DNA from: Acidobacteriota bacterium
GTDB taxonomy: Bacteria; Acidobacteriota; UBA6911; RPQK01; JAJDTT01
Direction: 5' to 3'
DNA: 64,000 bases
NCBI GenBank assembly: GCA_965209055.1
Contig: OZ242374.1
Location: forward strand, 2,784,001-2,848,000
A program made the position numbers and the translations under genes. The notes below the pieces were generated by a model. That model did not search any database, was not told the origin of the DNA, and saw only the letters and a program-made list of their open reading frames with translations. Below, piece after piece: positions 29,464 through 39,658 of the stretch. Position 1 is the first letter of the stretch, and each line of letters starts with the position of its first letter.

Positions 29464-30363
29464 ATGTGCGACGAGCTTACGGATTCGCTGAGTAACTGGG
29501 AATCCTATAGTACGATCATCCGCAATTTGGGTCTGGTTATCGCAGCGGGAATTGCTCTGCCCCTTGCCATATGGCGCAGCAGGATAGCTGAACGCCAAGC
29601 CGAAACAGCGCAGCGTGGGCTTTTGAACGAGCGCTATCAGAAATGCTCGGAAATGCTGGGCAGTGAGAAACTCCCGGTCCGGCTCGGCGGCTTGTATGCT
29701 CTCGAACGCCTCTCCGGGGAACACCCAGAGCAATACCACATCGAGGTCATGCGCCTATTCTGCGCGTTCGCTCGTCATCCGGTCGGGAAATCCGTTGAGA
29801 ACATTGCTCTGACAAACGGCGGCATCCTAACGGATGACGCTCAATTTGCTAGCGGCTCTGAGGAAGCTGCCAAAGAGATTGCTGCGGAAAGAGGGGAAGA
29901 ACATGATCATCGGCAATGGGTGCGCGAAGACGTGCAGGCCGTCATGGACTTGCTCCGCAGACGCTCAGAGAAACGTATCGAGCTTGAACGGGACGCCAAT
30001 TTCAGACTGGACCTACGCGGCGTCCACCTTCGTTATGGATCTCTTGCAAAGATAAACCTTGATGGGGCGTTCCTCATGAAAACCGACCTATCTAACGCGA
30101 TCCTGTCCGGTGCGTCTCTCGTAGACGCGGACCTGTCAGGCTCTAACCTTGAGAACGCCAATCTTGATGGGACCAATCTGTCTGGCACCCGATTCGCCGA
30201 GCTCGACGAAGCGGATCCCCGTAGTAGGCCTCCCGCGACCAACTTAACCCAAAAGCAACTTGATGGGGCGTTTGCATCTCCAGACAAGCCGCCACGTTTG
30301 AAAAATTGCATCGATGCGACGACCGACAAGCAGTTGGTCTGGCGCGGGCACCATTCAGACTAG
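29464..30363 (+). CDS. Pentapeptide-repeat protein with an N-terminal TM segment
   Basis: ERYQKCSEMLGS...RLGGLYALERL; repeats LSNAILSGASLVDADLSGSNLENANLDGTNLSG. Confidence 0.85.
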   Translation: MCDELTDSLSNWESYSTIIRNLGLVIAAGIALPLAIWRSRIAERQAETAQRGLLNERYQKCSEMLGSEKLPVRLGGLYALERLSGEHPEQYHIEVMRLFCAFARHPVGKSVENIALTNGGILTDDAQFASGSEEAAKEIAAERGEEHDHRQWVREDVQAVMDLLRRRSEKRIELERDANFRLDLRGVHLRYGSLAKINLDGAFLMKTDLSNAILSGASLVDADLSGSNLENANLDGTNLSGTRFAELDEADPRSRPPATNLTQKQLDGAFASPDKPPRLKNCIDATTDKQLVWRGHHSD

Positions 30364-30599
30364 TAGAGAGGCTGCTTGAGAGCGTCTGAAATCCCGTAGG
30401 CGAAGGCAAGTATACGCCTCCAGATGTTTGTCCCCGTCATGCTGCGGTCCCGTTGTCCCACGGGAGGACTCCCAAGCGCTCAGCGCTCCCCGCTGTGGGT
30501 GCTAGTCCCTCATGGGAAACTGACAACATTAACCCTTCCAAGAAGCAGAAGATCGAGTACGGGAAGATGAAGGCCGCGTTCGGGTGGAACGCCTGGCAG

Positions 30600-30850
30600 T
30601 TACTACCGCCGCAGTCCTTCCGCCATTGGACCTCCGCTCGCCAGATCGATCATTTGGTCACGGGCCGCAAGGCGGAACTGGACCTCGGTTGGGTGGCCCG
30701 GCTACGGGCGCTGTCTACTCTACCGCGCACCAACCCACGCCGACGGAAGGAGTACAAGCGGGTCAATGGGCCATTCACGCACTATGTGATCGCGGGTGGC
30801 GGCAACCGTTTCCCGTACGGAAATCTTCCCCTGTTGCTTGTGGCATGCGT
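30600..30850 (+). pseudogene. Degenerate plasmid RepA (RepA_C/IncW-like) fragment
   Basis: LPRTNPRRRKEYKRVNGPFTHYVIAGGGNRFPYGNLPLLL resembles the RepA_C N-terminal LPY(G)xxPRL region; truncated. Confidence 0.6.
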
Positions 30851-30945
30851 CTTCGGCAACCAAGAAAGTAAATCCCGGCCGGACCAAGCAGCGTCGCGAT
30901 CCATGAGTTCTAGGGCATGCACGGTCTGGCACTCGATGGGACTAA

Positions 30946-32134
30946 GGAAGGTCTGATTAAGTCGAGTCAGCGTTCTGCACGATAATTCTTCCATCATCAC
31001 TGCATGGAGGATAGATGATGTCGCAACGAACGTTCGCAGATCTGGAATACGACGGCAAGAAGCGGGTGACCCGTCGGGAGAGATTTCTGGCCCGGATGGA
31101 CCGGTTGATTCCATGGGAGCAGTTGGAAGCCCGGATTCGGCCCGTTTACCCGAAAGCGGGACGGGGACGGCGTCCCTACCCGCTCTCGACGATGCTTCGG
31201 ATCCACTGCGTGCAGCTGTTTTACAACCTGAGCGATCCGGGGATGGAGGATCTGCTCTATGAGGTGGAGTCGGTGCGGCGGTTCGTGGGCCTGAAGCTCA
31301 CGGGGCCGCTGCCGGACGAGACGACGATTCTGAAATTCCGTCATCGGCTGGAGGAGCATGGTCTGGGGGAGGCGCTGTTCGAGGAGATCGGTTCTCACCT
31401 GCAGCGGCAAGGCCTGCGGCTGAGCCGGGGGACGATCGTGGACGCGAGTATCCTGGCGGCGCCTTCCTCGACCAAGAACAGGGAGGGGGCGCGGGACCCG
31501 GAGATGCATCAGACGAAGAAGGGAAAACAGTGGTATTTCGGAATGAAGGCCCACCTGGGGGTGGACGCCCAGACGGGGGTGGCGCACACGGTGGTGACGG
31601 CGCCGGCTAACGAGCATGACGTGACGCGAGCCGGTGAGTTGCTGCACGGCTCGGAGTCTCAAGTTTGGGGGGATTCGGGATACCAGGGAGTGGGAAAGCG
31701 GTCGGAGAATCGAGATCGGCCGGTGGATTGGCAGGTGATGATGAAGCCGGGGAAGCGTTGGCGGCTGCCACCGGAGAGTGAGGCGGCGTTGGCCGAGCGG
31801 CGCAAAGCGTCGGTTCGGGCCAAGGCAGAACATGTATTCGGGTACCTGAAACGGCATTTCGGCTACGCGAAGGTGCGCTACCGGGGGCTGGCGAAAAACA
31901 CCCAACGGATCTATTTGCTGGTGGGGTTCGCCAATCTGATGATCGCCGAGCGCTCTGGCGTGAACGCCTGATCCGGGCGCGGGAGAGGTGCGTCGAGATT
32001 CGGGGAATCAGTCTGAGAATGGGGGCACCCAGAGCCTTGCCAGGGTGGTACTCCTCATAATGAAGGTTTGGACACCGCAAAGCCGAAACAATAACGGCTC
32101 TCACGTCCCTTGAATCGACTTGTTCAGACCTTCC
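30946..32134 (+). mobile_element. IS5-family insertion sequence, intact
   Basis: TIRs GGAAGGTCTGATTAAGTC and GACTTGTTCAGACCTTCC; CTAA target duplication at 30942-30945 and 32135-32138. Confidence 0.95.
31015..31971 (+). CDS. IS5-family DDE transposase
   Basis: PDETTILKFRH, IVDAS, RDPEMHQTKKGKQWYFGMKAH, WGDSGYQG, KASVRAKAEH, VRYRGLAKN. Confidence 0.95.
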   Translation: MMSQRTFADLEYDGKKRVTRRERFLARMDRLIPWEQLEARIRPVYPKAGRGRRPYPLSTMLRIHCVQLFYNLSDPGMEDLLYEVESVRRFVGLKLTGPLPDETTILKFRHRLEEHGLGEALFEEIGSHLQRQGLRLSRGTIVDASILAAPSSTKNREGARDPEMHQTKKGKQWYFGMKAHLGVDAQTGVAHTVVTAPANEHDVTRAGELLHGSESQVWGDSGYQGVGKRSENRDRPVDWQVMMKPGKRWRLPPESEAALAERRKASVRAKAEHVFGYLKRHFGYAKVRYRGLAKNTQRIYLLVGFANLMIAERSGVNA

Positions 32135-32142
32135 CTAAGTGC

Positions 32143-34428
32143 CTAGGCCCAGCGTTGTCTGACATATCCGACAAGATCGGCCCCTTCAAGGATCCGGGTC
32201 GAGTTGTTCACCCGAACGAAGAAGGCCCGGTCACGTTTGGAGACCTTGGCATAGATCGGCTCAGGAGATGGGGTCACGTGTACCATGGCGACTTGCACGC
32301 CATCGACAGCCTGCAACTGAATCTTCGCCATCGTGGAAGCAAGTGGTCCGAGCGAGCGCTCGATCAGGTTTGTGAGTGAGTTCACATACCGGTCCCCGTC
32401 CATGTTCTTCATGTCCAGGTCCGGTTGGATGCCGAGGATCTCGCCGTCATCCGCAATGCCGACCGCGAGAATGCCACCTCCGGCGTTCAGGAAGCCCGCG
32501 ATGGTCTTGAGCACGGACTCCGTGATTACTCTCTCCGGTACGTTCGGCTTGTAGCTGTAGTAGGCAGACGACTTGAACTCGACCCGCTCGGTTTCCATTT
32601 CGGCGAGGAGATCGTCAATGGACCATGCGTGGCCACCAGGCGGCAGCGGCAGCGGTTCCTCCTCCTCGGGAGGCTCGCCGGTCCGGAGCCTGTTGAATGC
32701 CGCTCGCACGACATCAGCGATGAGCACCCGCCGTTGCTGAAGGAACTCCCGATAATCCATCTGTTCCCAACCCTCCGGCAGCGCATGCCAGAACCGTGCT
32801 CGTTCTCGCTGCCGCGCCGTAAGCTTGGCGAAGAGGGGAGGGAAATACTCACTTGGCCGTGAGTCGCCGATCTCCGCGTTGTCGGGCCATTCGACGAAGG
32901 CGTAGTTGGCGATCTGATTTCGCTGTACTGTGCGATCGATGCCAATCCGTGTCAGGTACGCTTTGGGAAAAAGATGGTGACGCTCGACGGCCGAGCGAGG
33001 AGCGTGCGTCGATGGATCCAAAAGCTCACTCAATTGCAGCGGGGAAAACAGCGGCTGCGCATTGAGGAGAACAAGGCTTGCGTGGTATCCGAACACCGTC
33101 GGACCGAAGGCTGAGGAAGTCTCAAGCGAACTGGGGAGTTGGATCGTCCAATAGTCCATGGTGAGCGTCGTGTCGATGATCCCGTTCAGCATTGCCACAA
33201 ACTCATCACCGGACCTCGCCTCGGCGACACGGCGGAGATCCTGCTCAACTCGGCTCTCGAAGTTGCCCGTGTATCGGCCAGTAAGTGAGGTCATGAAGAA
33301 CCATTGAGCGATGGCTTCGCGAAGGGTCCTGCGGTTGATCCGGTAGTCTCGATGGCCAATCAGGTACATCAGGTAGGAGAACATCAGATTGTTCTCCGAA
33401 CTGATCATGGCTCGGCTTCGGTAGCCGGCCCGACGGACTGCCTTAAGAAACTCGTGCCAATTAGTCAGCGAAAGGGTCTCCGCCTGAGCCTCCCGCAATG
33501 TGGCGAACTGCTTCTCCCGGATCTGAGCCGAAATCTCGCCGGTCTCAAGGTCTTTGCCCCGAAGCACCTGATAGACGTATCGAAGGCGGGCGCGCCGGAG
33601 GGCAAGTCCCGAAACCACGCGTAGCATCTGGTCCGCGGACGGGTCGATGAACGGATTTGCGGGAGACGGCCCAGGAGGCCGGAGCCTAGCGTTCCGGGCG
33701 AATTTCTCCAGTTGCTTGCGGCCCTCCTCCCACCAGACGGACATCAGTGTGAGAATGAAGTCGGCTTGGCCGAGTCTATCCCCCTTGCTATTGATGCGCA
33801 CGAAGATGTCCGCGACCTGTTCCTCACCTGCCGTTGAAGCCACCTCCATGGCCTTAAAAGGATAGTTTCGGAGGTTGTAGAGTCTTTCAATGGCCGATTC
33901 AATGCGGACGCGCCGGTCCTCGCCAAGATCACCCTTGCTTTCTTCCAGGCGCATGAGGAACTCCCGCACCTTCTTTAGCAAACTGCCGCCAGCCCATAGA
34001 ATCGAGATGTCGGCGATGAACTCCGGGTTCCTTACCACTGCGGCATCGGCTACCTCGAAGCTGCCGTCTCGGGGGCGAAACGCGATACGAATCCGCGAAG
34101 CAGTGTAATCCTCACGGAGCACTTCGCTCCCCGTGAGCACGGCGTAGAGGCTGGTGAGCCGCTGCTGGCCATCCACGATCATGAGGCGCGGCGCGGCCTC
34201 GTGGGCATGCGTGCCGATTCGGCGGGCACCCATCTCGGCACCGGTTGCCCAGAAGATCAGGTGGCCAACGGGGAAGCCACGGTACATCGAGTCGAAGAGG
34301 TCTCGGACCTTGGTCGCCTTCCAGCGGAAGGGTCGCTGGATGTCGGGCAGAGCAATCTCGCCCCTACCGATCGCCTCGACCAAGGCAGACAGGCTGTACG
34401 AGCTGTCGTTAAAGACTGTGATGGCCAT
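32143..34428 (-). CDS. GmrSD-like (DUF262 plus HNH-like DUF1524) protein with a C-terminal AlbA_2/Schlafen domain
   Basis: PDIQR, DGQQR, FVRINSKG; ERHHLFPK...NQIAN; ETERVEFKSS...IAGFLNAGGGILAVGIADDG...FFVRVNNST. Confidence 0.85.
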   Translation of the reverse strand: MAITVFNDSSYSLSALVEAIGRGEIALPDIQRPFRWKATKVRDLFDSMYRGFPVGHLIFWATGAEMGARRIGTHAHEAAPRLMIVDGQQRLTSLYAVLTGSEVLREDYTASRIRIAFRPRDGSFEVADAAVVRNPEFIADISILWAGGSLLKKVREFLMRLEESKGDLGEDRRVRIESAIERLYNLRNYPFKAMEVASTAGEEQVADIFVRINSKGDRLGQADFILTLMSVWWEEGRKQLEKFARNARLRPPGPSPANPFIDPSADQMLRVVSGLALRRARLRYVYQVLRGKDLETGEISAQIREKQFATLREAQAETLSLTNWHEFLKAVRRAGYRSRAMISSENNLMFSYLMYLIGHRDYRINRRTLREAIAQWFFMTSLTGRYTGNFESRVEQDLRRVAEARSGDEFVAMLNGIIDTTLTMDYWTIQLPSSLETSSAFGPTVFGYHASLVLLNAQPLFSPLQLSELLDPSTHAPRSAVERHHLFPKAYLTRIGIDRTVQRNQIANYAFVEWPDNAEIGDSRPSEYFPPLFAKLTARQRERARFWHALPEGWEQMDYREFLQQRRVLIADVVRAAFNRLRTGEPPEEEEPLPLPPGGHAWSIDDLLAEMETERVEFKSSAYYSYKPNVPERVITESVLKTIAGFLNAGGGILAVGIADDGEILGIQPDLDMKNMDGDRYVNSLTNLIERSLGPLASTMAKIQLQAVDGVQVAMVHVTPSPEPIYAKVSKRDRAFFVRVNNSTRILEGADLVGYVRQRWA

Positions 34429-35011
34429 GTGGATATGCGGGCAATGGTTTTCTGAGGCGCTGACCGGGATGCGGAGTGCGGTGCAGAAGTGTGCAGGCTG
34501 CCTCGGTTGGTCTGCAACTCCTTTTTGACAAACACATCCGGCTATGCGAGCGGATCGTACTCCGATGCACGATGTCTTGCCAGAACCCCCAGTCCTGAAA
34601 GATCAGCATTCAGTATAGAGGCACCACTCGGGAATGAAAAACCAAGAGAGTTGAGAGACTTCCTACGGCTTCGCCGGATGGTGCGCTTCGCCGACGACGA
34701 TCTAACGGAACCGGGTCGGCCACGTAAGCAGGATCCTTCGATCTATCGACCTGCGGTTCATTTGGACATAGACGCGTCAGACGGACAAGCAATTTTGCCC
34801 ACCGAGCAGGACGGCGATATCGGGAGCCATAGAGTGCCAAATCCGGGTCACCGTATACCCGGCACGATCGTGAACGGCGATCAGGTCCAGCACCGGATGG
34901 TCTCCAGGCCGGAATATGGGATCGTATTCGGCTCGCCAGACAATGTCCGCCTAATCCGCCGGAATGATACCTGCATAACGCCACTTCATGGCTTCATGGG
35001 ATCATCTTACT

Positions 35012-35348
35012 GCCTTCCCGCCAGGGATAATTTGGACGGGAGCGACCCCCCCAGGGGGTGCTGCGCAAATGTGAATTGCGCAACACCCCCGCGCCCGCAC
35101 CGGGCAGGAAAAAGGGGGGGTCGCTCCCGTCCACCTCCATTTTCCCCGTGCGGCCACCCGGTGGCCAGAAATGGGGCCGTAACTGACTGAAAGGAAAAAA
35201 GATCGGGGACAGCGCGTTTGTGAATCACCGGGACCGCTTTTTGTGAATCCACCCCCCTTGTCCCATTCACATCCCGGATCGGGCGCGAGACCCCCTTGAG
35301 GCACAGCCGAAACGAGCCTCCAAAGGCCCTTGCGATTGCCGAGTGCGT
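35012..35348. other. Conserved structured non-coding block, copy 1 (candidate origin or ncRNA)
   Basis: Homologous to 46391-46726; 20-bp perfect inverted repeat (35033-35052 and 35114-35133) enclosing a second hairpin. Confidence 0.75.
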
Positions 35349-35537
35349 TCACCGTCAATCACGACCTGGAAGGAGCGACTTTCCGCCGCTGGTTGCAACT
35401 CGACCGCCCGCTTCAGTGCTGCCGTCACCCCTCCGTAGGGGTTGAGCAGGGCCGTATCCCCCGTTGGAACGGCGCGTTTGAATCGGACGGCGACAATCGT
35501 GTAGCTTGATGAGCCGATTGAGATATCGGACGCAGAA

Positions 35538-36593
35538 ATGACTGAGGAACTGTGTATCTGGGCGGTCGACGGGTCGGGGACGGTGGCGCCCCTGTCACCG
35601 CTCAAGCAGATGCAAACCGAGTTGGGCTTGGAGGAGCTTTTGGTTCGCAACCCGGAAATGCTCGAACCGGGCCTCCGTCTCGTGGGACGACAGACGCCCA
35701 CCCAAACCGGTTGGCTGGATCTGCTCGCCGTTGACGCGGACGGCCGTCTGGTCGTCTACGAGTTGAAGCGAGGGATGCTTGCCCGCGAGGCTGTGACCCA
35801 AGTCTTGGACTACGCTTCGGACTTGGACGCCATGAGTACCGGCGACCTCGCGAAGCACATTTCCGAACGTAGCGGGAACGACGGTATCGAACAGATCGAT
35901 GACTTCGAGCAATGGTACGCCGACAACTTCGGCGGGGACGACCTGTCACGCCTCCTGCCGCCCCGCATGGTACTCGTCGGATTGGGTGTGGACGCTGTAG
36001 CCGAACGGATGGCACGATTCATTTCTGCTGGGCCAGTGGATATTTCCGTGGTGACATTCCACGGGTTTCAACGTGAAGGGGAGCGACTCCTAGCTCGACA
36101 ACTGGAGGTGGAGTCAGGACGAACAGAAATCATCCGAAAGCGTCCTTCCGCAACCACCGCCGAAAAGCGTCGGGCTCTGGAAAAATACCTGGTTGACAAT
36201 GGATACAAGGAACTCTTTGACCGAGTCCATGCCGACCTTCGCCGACATCTGCCAGAGCAGGGCGTTTGGGAGCAGGTAGGGAGCACGAGCGTCGGATTTG
36301 TGCTCAGCGAGCCTGGGGATTCCAACGTCACGAGAACCTACTTTGGCGTGCAAGCCGGATATCTGGGAACGGAAGTGTGCAGCGTCAGCGTATTGCCGCA
36401 GGCGATTACATGGGGCGGTGACGGTGCATTTGCCAGGCTCAGTGGTTCCGTCAATCTCGAAGAATGGACACACGGTGGCTATGCTCTCTCCTTCAAGACC
36501 CTGGAAGAGTGGGACGAGATTCGACCAGAAGTGCTTGAGTACGTACGCGCCGTCTCGGCGAATCGCACGAACGTGGAAGGGCCAAAAAACTGA
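35538..36593 (+). CDS. NucS/EndoMS-like PD-(D/E)xK endonuclease domain protein
   Basis: ELGLEELL, LVGRQ, LDLLAVD, VVYELKRG, QVLDYA. Confidence 0.8.
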   Translation: MTEELCIWAVDGSGTVAPLSPLKQMQTELGLEELLVRNPEMLEPGLRLVGRQTPTQTGWLDLLAVDADGRLVVYELKRGMLAREAVTQVLDYASDLDAMSTGDLAKHISERSGNDGIEQIDDFEQWYADNFGGDDLSRLLPPRMVLVGLGVDAVAERMARFISAGPVDISVVTFHGFQREGERLLARQLEVESGRTEIIRKRPSATTAEKRRALEKYLVDNGYKELFDRVHADLRRHLPEQGVWEQVGSTSVGFVLSEPGDSNVTRTYFGVQAGYLGTEVCSVSVLPQAITWGGDGAFARLSGSVNLEEWTHGGYALSFKTLEEWDEIRPEVLEYVRAVSANRTNVEGPKN

Positions 36594-36860
36594 GTCCGAC
36601 TGCCCGACCTTCGTCACAGCGGATCTGGTGACGGCGGGCCTATATCGCAGAGGAAATAGTACCAGACCGGCATCGCAGGCTCGAATACTGCTGCCTGTTT
36701 GTTGCCTGTTCAGGATGTCAAACATAGGGAGTCAACCACGCTACCGATTCGGCGAAGAACCCGGTAATCCATTGAAAACGTTAATGTTTGGTAGTTGTTG
36801 ACTGTGGGGCTATCGGGATAGGAAAACCCCCACTCCTACCATGCGGAGAGGAGGATTGTC

Positions 36861-38198
36861 GTGATAAAGACACTGGATCGTCGCCAGTTCCTGGGAGGGT
36901 CGGCCGCTGCGGCGGTGGCGCTGGGGTCCCCGCGTTCCCTGGTTTCAGGGGCACAGGCCGGATCGGCTCTGGACCGGCTCAACATTGCCTCCATCGGCGT
37001 CCACAATCGGGCGGCGGGTAATCTGAAAGGCGTCGCCAGCGAGAATATCGTTGCCATTTGCGACATCGATCAGGAGTTTCTCGACGCCGCGGGAGAGACT
37101 TATCCCAACGCGCGCCGTTACCGCGACTTCAGGGTCATGTTGGAGAAGGAGGCGGAGAAGATCGACGCCGTCCTGGTCAGCACGCCCGACCATACCCATG
37201 CCCCGGCGGCGTCGATGGCCCTTCAGATGAAGAAGCACGTCTATTGCGAGAAGCCGCTCACCCACACCATCTACGAAGCGCGGAGACTGGCCGAACTGGC
37301 GGCAGAGCACAACCTGGTCACCCAGATGGGGACACAGATCCACGCCGAGGAGAACTATCGCCTCGTGGTCGAGCTGGTCCGAAGCGGCGCCATCGGCGAG
37401 ATCCGGGAAGTCCACGTCTGGGTCAACGTCGACTATTCGGGCCGGCGGATGATTACCGGAAAACCGCGTCCCGGCCACGTCGACTGGGATCTCTGGCTGG
37501 GTCCCGCGGCGGCCCGGCCCTACTGCGAGAGCGTCGCCGAGGATGGTTCGGTCAGCGTGGTTCACCCCTTCAACTGGCGTTGGTTCTGGGACTACGGCAC
37601 GGGCGCCCTGGGGGACTTCGCCTGCCACTGGATGGACCTCCCCCACTGGGCGTTGGATCTCAAGCACCCGGCCCGGGTGTCGACGGCCGGTCCCCCGCCG
37701 CTCCTGGAGAGTGCGACATCCGGCCTGGTCGTGACCTACGAATATCCGGCCCGGGGCTCCCTGCCGCCGGTGACGTTGAAGTGGTACGACGGCGGGAAGA
37801 AGCCGGACCTCCTGGCGGGGTTCAAGGACGCCGAGGGCCAGCCCCTGAACCCGCACCGCGGGCAGCTCTTCGTCGGATCCGAAGGGATGATCCTCTCGAA
37901 CTACTCGGAGCACATGCTGCTTCCGGTGGCGAGGTTCGCCGGTTTCAAGCGCCCGGACCCCACCATTCCCCGGTCGCCCGGGCACCATCAGGAATGGATC
38001 CAGGCCATCAAGACCGGCGGGACCGCCAACTGCAACTTCGACTATTCGGGCGCCCTCACCGAGGCGGTCCTGCTGGGGGTCGTGGCCTACCGAACCGGCC
38101 GGACCATCGAGTGGGACGCGTCTTCGCTGCGAGTCACCAACTCGGCGGCCGCCCAACAGCTCGTCCACAAGGAATACCGCAAGGGCTGGACGCTGTAG
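36861..38198 (+). CDS. Gfo/Idh/MocA oxidoreductase, Tat-exported
   Basis: DRRQFL Tat motif, VAICD, STPDHTHA, HVYCEKP, WDLWLGPA. Confidence 0.92.
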   Translation: MIKTLDRRQFLGGSAAAAVALGSPRSLVSGAQAGSALDRLNIASIGVHNRAAGNLKGVASENIVAICDIDQEFLDAAGETYPNARRYRDFRVMLEKEAEKIDAVLVSTPDHTHAPAASMALQMKKHVYCEKPLTHTIYEARRLAELAAEHNLVTQMGTQIHAEENYRLVVELVRSGAIGEIREVHVWVNVDYSGRRMITGKPRPGHVDWDLWLGPAAARPYCESVAEDGSVSVVHPFNWRWFWDYGTGALGDFACHWMDLPHWALDLKHPARVSTAGPPPLLESATSGLVVTYEYPARGSLPPVTLKWYDGGKKPDLLAGFKDAEGQPLNPHRGQLFVGSEGMILSNYSEHMLLPVARFAGFKRPDPTIPRSPGHHQEWIQAIKTGGTANCNFDYSGALTEAVLLGVVAYRTGRTIEWDASSLRVTNSAAAQQLVHKEYRKGWTL

Positions 38199-38267
38199 CT
38201 GGGGGGGGACTGTTAGTCCCCCCGTGCCCCGGATTCGGGGGTAGGAAAACCCCCGCTCCGCTCCTAT
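38195..38267. repeat. Intact REP doublet containing both target hairpin types
   Basis: GGGGGGACTGTTAGTCCCCCC (38203-38223) and CGGGGGTAGGAAAACCCCCG (38236-38255), with GTAG/ATAG feet. Confidence 0.8.
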
Positions 38268-38335
38268 CTTTCGCCAGGGCTTTTGGGTCCCATGGCGGCG
38301 TATTGCTCGAAGAATCGCTGGCAAGGAGGCAACAG

Positions 38336-39658
38336 ATGGCGAAAATACTTGTAGCCCGCACACTCCTCGTGTCGGTGGGTCTGACGCTCGGACTGCAAGC
38401 CCAGCCGCTCCCCGGAATTCTCGAACTTGATCATGCCATCGAGCTCGCACTCTCGCGTCACGCCGACTTGGACGCCGCCCGGGCGGCAATCGATGCGCGC
38501 GCCGGCTCGACGCGTCAAGCCGGTCTCTCGCCGAACCCGGTTCTCTCTTTACAGACCGAGAACTGGCGTTTCTACGGCAATCCAGGCTTTTCGGCCTCCC
38601 GCGATCTCGATCTCTTCGCGTGGGTGAGCGTGCCCATCGAGACCGCGCGCAAGCGGACGCGGCGGGTCGAGCTCGCGGAGGCCGATGAGCGCATCGCGGA
38701 GTACGAACGCCAACTGGCGGCCTGGAGGATTCGCCAGAACGTCAAGAAGGCCTATTGGAACGCTCTGGCAACCGTGAGCGACGTGAAGATGCTGGAGCGC
38801 AGCCGCGAAACCTTGGAACGCCTGGAGGATTATCACGAGGTGCGGGTTCGGCTGGGCGCGACGGCCGAAGTGGACCTGATCAAGGTTCGAGTCGAAGTTG
38901 GACGTTCCGCACTGGCCCTCTCCGGTGCCGAAATGGAGGTCAGCCGTGCGAAGATCGCCGTGCTGGAGGCGATGGGGATCGCGGAGTTGAGCACCGGCTT
39001 TGAGCTGCGACAGCCGGACGCATGGCCGGTCGACGTGAGTTGGGACAATTCCGAGGCCACCCGGCAGACCGCGGAGAAGGCTTTGGCCCATCGCGTGGAG
39101 ATTCTGCTGGGCCGGGCTCGGGTGGAGCGCGCCCGCGCGGCCGCAGAGTTGCAACGGTCGCTGGCGCGGCCCGACGTGAGACCCTATGTTGGTTACAAGC
39201 GGACCAACGAGTTCAACACGCTCGTCGGCGGGATCTCGATTCCGTTGCCGGTCCGCGACGATAACGCGGGCCGGATCGCGGAGGCCCTGGCCCAGGTCCG
39301 CCGGCGGGAAGCGGCCCTGCGGGCAGCGGAAGCGCGCATTTCCGCCCAGGTGGCCACCGCGGTGGAGACGGTGCGGCGGCGATCGGAAATGTTGCGCTCG
39401 ATGGAGACCGGGGTCCTTGACCGTGCGCGGGAGACTTCCCGGATCGCGCTCGCCGCCTACCAGGAAGGAGGGGTCGATCTGCTCGACGTGCTCGACGCCC
39501 AGCGCGCCCAGAACGAGCTCGACCTGTTCCACTCGCGATTGGTGTTCGACTACCAATTGAGCTGGGTGGATCTGGAAACCGCCTCGGGGACTCCGAATCT
39601 TGCTCTGTCCCCGGATGGGACCCAAACGGCGGCTTATTTTGGCACCATGGTCGAGTGA
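38336..39658 (+). CDS. czcC: TolC/CzcC-family outer-membrane efflux protein
   Basis: AAGGAGG RBS and signal peptide; QAGLSPNP, AYQEGGVDLLDVLDAQR; first gene of the RND operon. Confidence 0.85.
   Translation: MAKILVARTLLVSVGLTLGLQAQPLPGILELDHAIELALSRHADLDAARAAIDARAGSTRQAGLSPNPVLSLQTENWRFYGNPGFSASRDLDLFAWVSVPIETARKRTRRVELAEADERIAEYERQLAAWRIRQNVKKAYWNALATVSDVKMLERSRETLERLEDYHEVRVRLGATAEVDLIKVRVEVGRSALALSGAEMEVSRAKIAVLEAMGIAELSTGFELRQPDAWPVDVSWDNSEATRQTAEKALAHRVEILLGRARVERARAAAELQRSLARPDVRPYVGYKRTNEFNTLVGGISIPLPVRDDNAGRIAEALAQVRRREAALRAAEARISAQVATAVETVRRRSEMLRSMETGVLDRARETSRIALAAYQEGGVDLLDVLDAQRAQNELDLFHSRLVFDYQLSWVDLETASGTPNLALSPDGTQTAAYFGTMVE

Larger units (their letters stand above)
26310..36825. 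mobile_element. Integrative element E1 (tyrosine integrase, defence cargo) inserted in a REP hairpin
   Basis: 7-bp direct repeat TAGGAAA at 26310-26316 and 36819-36825. Removing the element restores the palindrome AGTGGGGGT-AGGAAA-ACCCCCACT. Arm repeats at 26414-26434 and 36690-36710. Confidence 0.85.

Noticed and set aside
37058-38335. 866-aa ORF suggesting a long N-terminal extension of the TolC protein
   Set aside because: It is an alternate-frame overlap with the oxidoreductase; the RBS and signal peptide point to a start at 38336.
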